Assembly (NCBI GenBank): GCA_002215675.1
Contig: NGFH01000002.1
Location: 221,887-285,886 of the forward strand
Direction of reading: 5' to 3'
Source: Bacteroidetes bacterium 2013_40CM_41_45
GTDB lineage: Bacteria; Bacteroidota; Bacteroidia; AKYH767-A; 2013-40CM-41-45
DNA: 64,000 bases
Shown one piece after another: positions 60,651 to 64,000 of the stretch. Each line of letters opens with the position of its first letter. The first letter of the stretch is position 1. The notes below the pieces were generated by a model. It saw nothing but the letters and a program-made list of their open reading frames with translations. It was not told the origin of the DNA and searched no databases. The translations under genes and the position numbers were made by a program.

Positions 60651-60811
60651 GATATTTGATTTTAATATTTTTTATTCGGCTAAAGCCAATTTTTCTTTTA
60701 ACACATTCACAGTTGGCTGAAGCCAACTGCAATGAATCAATAGGATTTATCCATTGCCGTCAGCTTTAGCTGACGGATAAAATAGAATATAATTAATTGG
60801 CTTTAGCCAAA
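60234..60811 (-). mobile_element. IS200/IS605-like (or RAYT/REP-like) element: tnpA plus upstream hairpin block
   Basis: Hairpins agttggctgaagccaact (60711-60728), ccgtcagctttagctgacgg (60757-60776) and inverted pair cggctaaagccaat (60677-60690)/attggctttagccaa (60796-60810); no room for a right-end hairpin. Confidence 0.5.
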
Positions 60812-60871
60812 TCCATTAGTTTTTTAATTAATTTTCTTAATCAATTTTTCCATCAAAAATCTATGTTTCCA

Positions 60872-62794
60872 TTATTGCACTCCTAATAGCTTAAGATAGG
60901 CAGGGTCTATCTTTCGGCCCAGCTGCCGGGCTTTAAGCACATCGGCCCTTGCCGCCTCTATTTGTCCCAATTGGTTGTAGGAATAAGAGCGGTTTTGCCA
61001 GTAGACAGGTTCTGAAGGCATCAACTCAATGGCTTTTGAAAAGTCCGCAAGCGATTCTTTATGCTTGCCCATTTTCTGAAGCGCCACACCCCGTGAATTA
61101 TAAATGCCATCATCGGTCGGAACAAGTTTTAGATACTTTGTAAAGTCATCTACCGCTTTTTGGTATTGACCTACCTGGTCATAATATATTCCTCTGTTAA
61201 AGTATGTTTTGGCAAAAGTTGAGTCAATCACTTCGGCTTTCGCAAAATCATCTTCCGCTTTGGCATATTCATTTTTGCGGATGTAGATTAATGCGCGGTT
61301 GGCATACGTGGTAACTTTTTTTGCATCCAACGCAATGGCCTGGTTGTAATCAGACAGCGCAAGGTCATCCTGCCCGCGCTCGAAATAAATATTGCCCCGG
61401 TTGTTATAGGTTAATGCATATTTAGGATTGATGGATAATACCTTATTATAGTTCTCCAACGCCTTATCGTTTTGCTTTAAGCTGCGGTAATAAACTCCGA
61501 GATTATCATATCCCACATCAGAGCCGGGATATTTTGCAACGTTATCTCTCCACAATGTCCCGCTGTTTTTCCATACCAGGCAGCGCTGGTAACTCATCAC
61601 CGCAAAGACAACGGCATAAATCACAAAAATGCTTTTTACAAGAAATGAAATGTTCGCCTTTCGTTCCGTTAAATTCTGTAAAGAAGTCGCAGCAATAAAA
61701 AATAATCCGAAGTAAGAAACATAGGTAAAACGTTCTGCCATAAATGCTTTGCCCGCGCCAACCACCTGCAGCACAAACATTACATTGACTAAAAAGAACA
61801 GAAGCCCGAAGACTACATTTCTATCCGTGCGGAATTTTTTAATAACCCAAACAACACCGGCAATAAGAAGCAACGGTGTTATGTAATACAGCGTAGGAAG
61901 CACTCCCTCCGTCTTTTGCGGATAGGGATAATAGGCAGACAAGTTTACAGGGGCGAAGAATCGCACCAGGTAACTTGTAAGCGCATAACATGCATACAAG
62001 ATGCGCTCATACAAGGGATACGTTTCATTCATAATAAGCGAATCACCTGTCTTAAGGAAATATATTCCGGCTATTCCCGTTGCAGCCGACAAAATAAAAA
62101 ATGGAATTTTTTCCATGATGAGAGAAAACTTTAACGGGCGTTTTTCCAGATAATCAATAAGAAGCATGGAAAGCGGAAGTGATACCGCCTGTATTTTTGA
62201 AAGCATTGAAAGAACGGCAAGCACAAGCATCAGCAAGTAAAGAAGAACTTGTGCACCGGGCTTTCGTACCCATTTTATGTACGCAATAAGGGCTCCGAAA
62301 TAAAACGAAGCAAACATTACATCTTTTAATTCTGTAATCCATGCTACCGATTCCACACGCATGGGATGAATGGCAAAAAGCAATGTGATGGCACCGACAA
62401 CAAAAGATTTTTTGGTGAGAAGCCGTGCCGTCCAAAAGACAAGCGCAGTACAAACCAGGTGCAATAAAATATTAACCAGGTGATACAGGTATGGTTCTAA
62501 CCCCACCTGTGAACGTATCAAAGCAAAGACAAGGATGGGAAGCGGGTTGTAGTTATTGCCAACAGACTGCGTAAATATTGCTTTTACATTTTGAGAATTA
62601 AGGTTTACGGTCAGGTGGTTATCGGTAATGTTAAGCCCGTCATCCCAGGTGTAAATGAGGTCGTTTTTCAGGGCGGGATAAAAGACTATGAATGTAACCG
62701 CCAGGATGGCAGGAAGCAGCCATACAGGGAATTTTTTTAGCTGAATTGTAGCCGTTTTAGCGGGTTGATGAATTTTCTTTTTATCTTTTTTCAC
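60872..62794 (-). CDS. membrane-anchored TPR-repeat protein (multi-TM N-terminal domain + C-terminal TPR array)
   Basis: 640 aa; ~10 TM helices then repeated TPR motifs (..YNNRGNIYFERGQDDLALSDYNQAIALD..). Confidence 0.7.
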   Translation of the reverse strand: MKKDKKKIHQPAKTATIQLKKFPVWLLPAILAVTFIVFYPALKNDLIYTWDDGLNITDNHLTVNLNSQNVKAIFTQSVGNNYNPLPILVFALIRSQVGLEPYLYHLVNILLHLVCTALVFWTARLLTKKSFVVGAITLLFAIHPMRVESVAWITELKDVMFASFYFGALIAYIKWVRKPGAQVLLYLLMLVLAVLSMLSKIQAVSLPLSMLLIDYLEKRPLKFSLIMEKIPFFILSAATGIAGIYFLKTGDSLIMNETYPLYERILYACYALTSYLVRFFAPVNLSAYYPYPQKTEGVLPTLYYITPLLLIAGVVWVIKKFRTDRNVVFGLLFFLVNVMFVLQVVGAGKAFMAERFTYVSYFGLFFIAATSLQNLTERKANISFLVKSIFVIYAVVFAVMSYQRCLVWKNSGTLWRDNVAKYPGSDVGYDNLGVYYRSLKQNDKALENYNKVLSINPKYALTYNNRGNIYFERGQDDLALSDYNQAIALDAKKVTTYANRALIYIRKNEYAKAEDDFAKAEVIDSTFAKTYFNRGIYYDQVGQYQKAVDDFTKYLKLVPTDDGIYNSRGVALQKMGKHKESLADFSKAIELMPSEPVYWQNRSYSYNQLGQIEAARADVLKARQLGRKIDPAYLKLLGVQ

Positions 62795-62853
62795 GGAGCG
62801 AATAACGAATCGATTCGAATATACGTATTAAAGAAAGTTAACGTTGATATATC

Positions 62854-63513
62854 ATGGCGCATCAAAAGTATTTATACATTTTCCTGTTTACCATTCTTTC
62901 GGTAAAATGTTTTTCTCAGACGGACGGTTTGCCCGTTGACGATTCCCCATCAAAGAAAGTATTTTTTTCAATGGATTATCGCAATGGCTTTATCAGGTCA
63001 ACGGAAGCTCATGTAGTTGGTTTTCGCGCGGGGGTGGAAGTAGGGCAAAAATATCGTTTGGGAGTGGGGTATCATTATCTTTCTTCAGAAATTATCCGCG
63101 GCATACCTGTGATGCAGGAAGGTGCAACCATAAACACCAATGCGCGCGTTCATCTCAGGTATGGAAGCGTTTCTGCCGAATATATTTTGTTCACCAGCGA
63201 GCTTTGGCAGGTATCAGCACCGCTTATTCTTGGCATTGGCTCTTCGTATTATGAGCCGCCTTCCAACAAATATCCTGAAACCAACAGGCAATTTACACTT
63301 GTCATCGAGCCCGCTGTAACGGTGCAGTATAATATCATTCCTTTCATCGGAATCGGCACCGGCATAGGGTACCGCTTTATGCCCGCAGGCGATGGCAATT
63401 TACGTTCGGTATTTGCAACTCCTGTCTATGACTTGCGGCTTAAGCTGCTCATGAACGAAGTGGCTGAAGCGCTCTTCCCTAACGGCTTGTGGAAAAAGAA
63501 AAGGCAGGAATAA
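62854..63513 (+). CDS. hypothetical exported beta-rich protein
   Basis: 219 aa with signal peptide, no recognisable motif. Confidence 0.4.
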   Translation: MAHQKYLYIFLFTILSVKCFSQTDGLPVDDSPSKKVFFSMDYRNGFIRSTEAHVVGFRAGVEVGQKYRLGVGYHYLSSEIIRGIPVMQEGATINTNARVHLRYGSVSAEYILFTSELWQVSAPLILGIGSSYYEPPSNKYPETNRQFTLVIEPAVTVQYNIIPFIGIGTGIGYRFMPAGDGNLRSVFATPVYDLRLKLLMNEVAEALFPNGLWKKKRQE

Positions 63514-63546
63514 GAAAGTAGAGCATCATAATATTATTTTTGTTCG

Positions 63547-64000
63547 ATGCCTTCAAAAAACCTTAACCCGGATTCCGAAGCAGGTGATTCCACGCCATCT
63601 TTGGCAGAAAAGGAATTTGAAAAAGTTCTGCGCCCATCGGTTTTTGATGACTTCGCAGGGCAGCGGAAAGTAGTGGACAACCTGCTGGTGTTTGTAAAAG
63701 CAGCGCAGCAAAGAAAAGAATCACTTGACCACGTTTTGCTTCACGGCCCTCCCGGACTGGGAAAAACAACACTGGCATATATCATAGCCAACGAGCTGGG
63801 AGTAAATATACGTACCACTTCGGGTCCTGTTATAGATAAGCCGGGCGACCTTGCCGGGCTGTTGACTAACCTGGAACCGAACGATGTTTTATTCATTGAT
63901 GAGATTCATCGCCTGAGCCCTGTGGTGGAAGAATACCTCTATTCTGCAATGGAGGATTATCGTATCGATATCATGATTGAATCAGGCCCCAATGCGCGCT
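63547..64000 (+). CDS. ruvB: Holliday junction DNA helicase RuvB (partial, runs off window end)
   Basis: [12 protein letters not shown]..., Walker [12 protein letters not shown], Walker [10 protein letters not shown]; no stop within window. Confidence 0.9.
   Translation, partial: MPSKNLNPDSEAGDSTPSLAEKEFEKVLRPSVFDDFAGQRKVVDNLLVFVKAAQQRKESLDHVLLHGPPGLGKTTLAYIIANELGVNIRTTSGPVIDKPGDLAGLLTNLEPNDVLFIDEIHRLSPVVEEYLYSAMEDYRIDIMIESGPNAR

Overview
This window reads as a chromosomal segment from a Bacteroidota genome with a type IX secretion system (T9SS); about 60 coding features can be supported from the sequence. From left to right the main blocks are as follows.

1. A minus-strand compound efflux locus: TetR regulator, then a TolC/MFP/RND pump, then a second HlyD with two ABC ATPases and two ABC-2 permeases (the last permease runs off the window start).
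2. Housekeeping and storage genes: typA, cyanophycin synthetase (cphA) and branched-chain aminotransferase (ilvE).
3. A thiol-disulfide / outer-membrane module (TlpA, a DUF6029-like beta-barrel, an Omp28-related lipoprotein) that faces, divergently, two T9SS C-terminal-domain proteins.
4. maeB and ruvA, then a GxxExxY nuclease-family gene tightly bracketed by a perfect 20-bp inverted repeat, then the T9SS translocon sprA and gcvH.
5. Further T9SS genes: a gldJ-like lipoprotein, a PorP/SprF protein, and the porU-porV pair.
6. ispF, cdd, and pyruvate dehydrogenase E1-alpha plus E2.
7. An ECF sigma factor followed by an anti-sigma-like membrane protein and a SprB-repeat adhesin, both carrying T9SS type-B C-terminal domains.
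8. fumC and manC.
9. An AT-rich island at about 57.2-60.9 kb holding an ABC-like ATPase and an overlapping HNH-like small protein (a candidate Septu-like defence pair), an outer-membrane beta-barrel, the 3' remnant of a TPR-gene paralog, and an IS200/IS605-type tnpA with one in-frame nonsense codon and subterminal hairpins.
10. A TPR membrane protein and the start of ruvB.

No rRNA, tRNA or CRISPR array was recognised. The strongest candidates for something new are the ATPase + HNH pair in the AT-rich island, and the CGCAAAG/CTTTGCG palindromic repeat family that forms the GxxExxY cassette and recurs without cargo at 46.1 kb.
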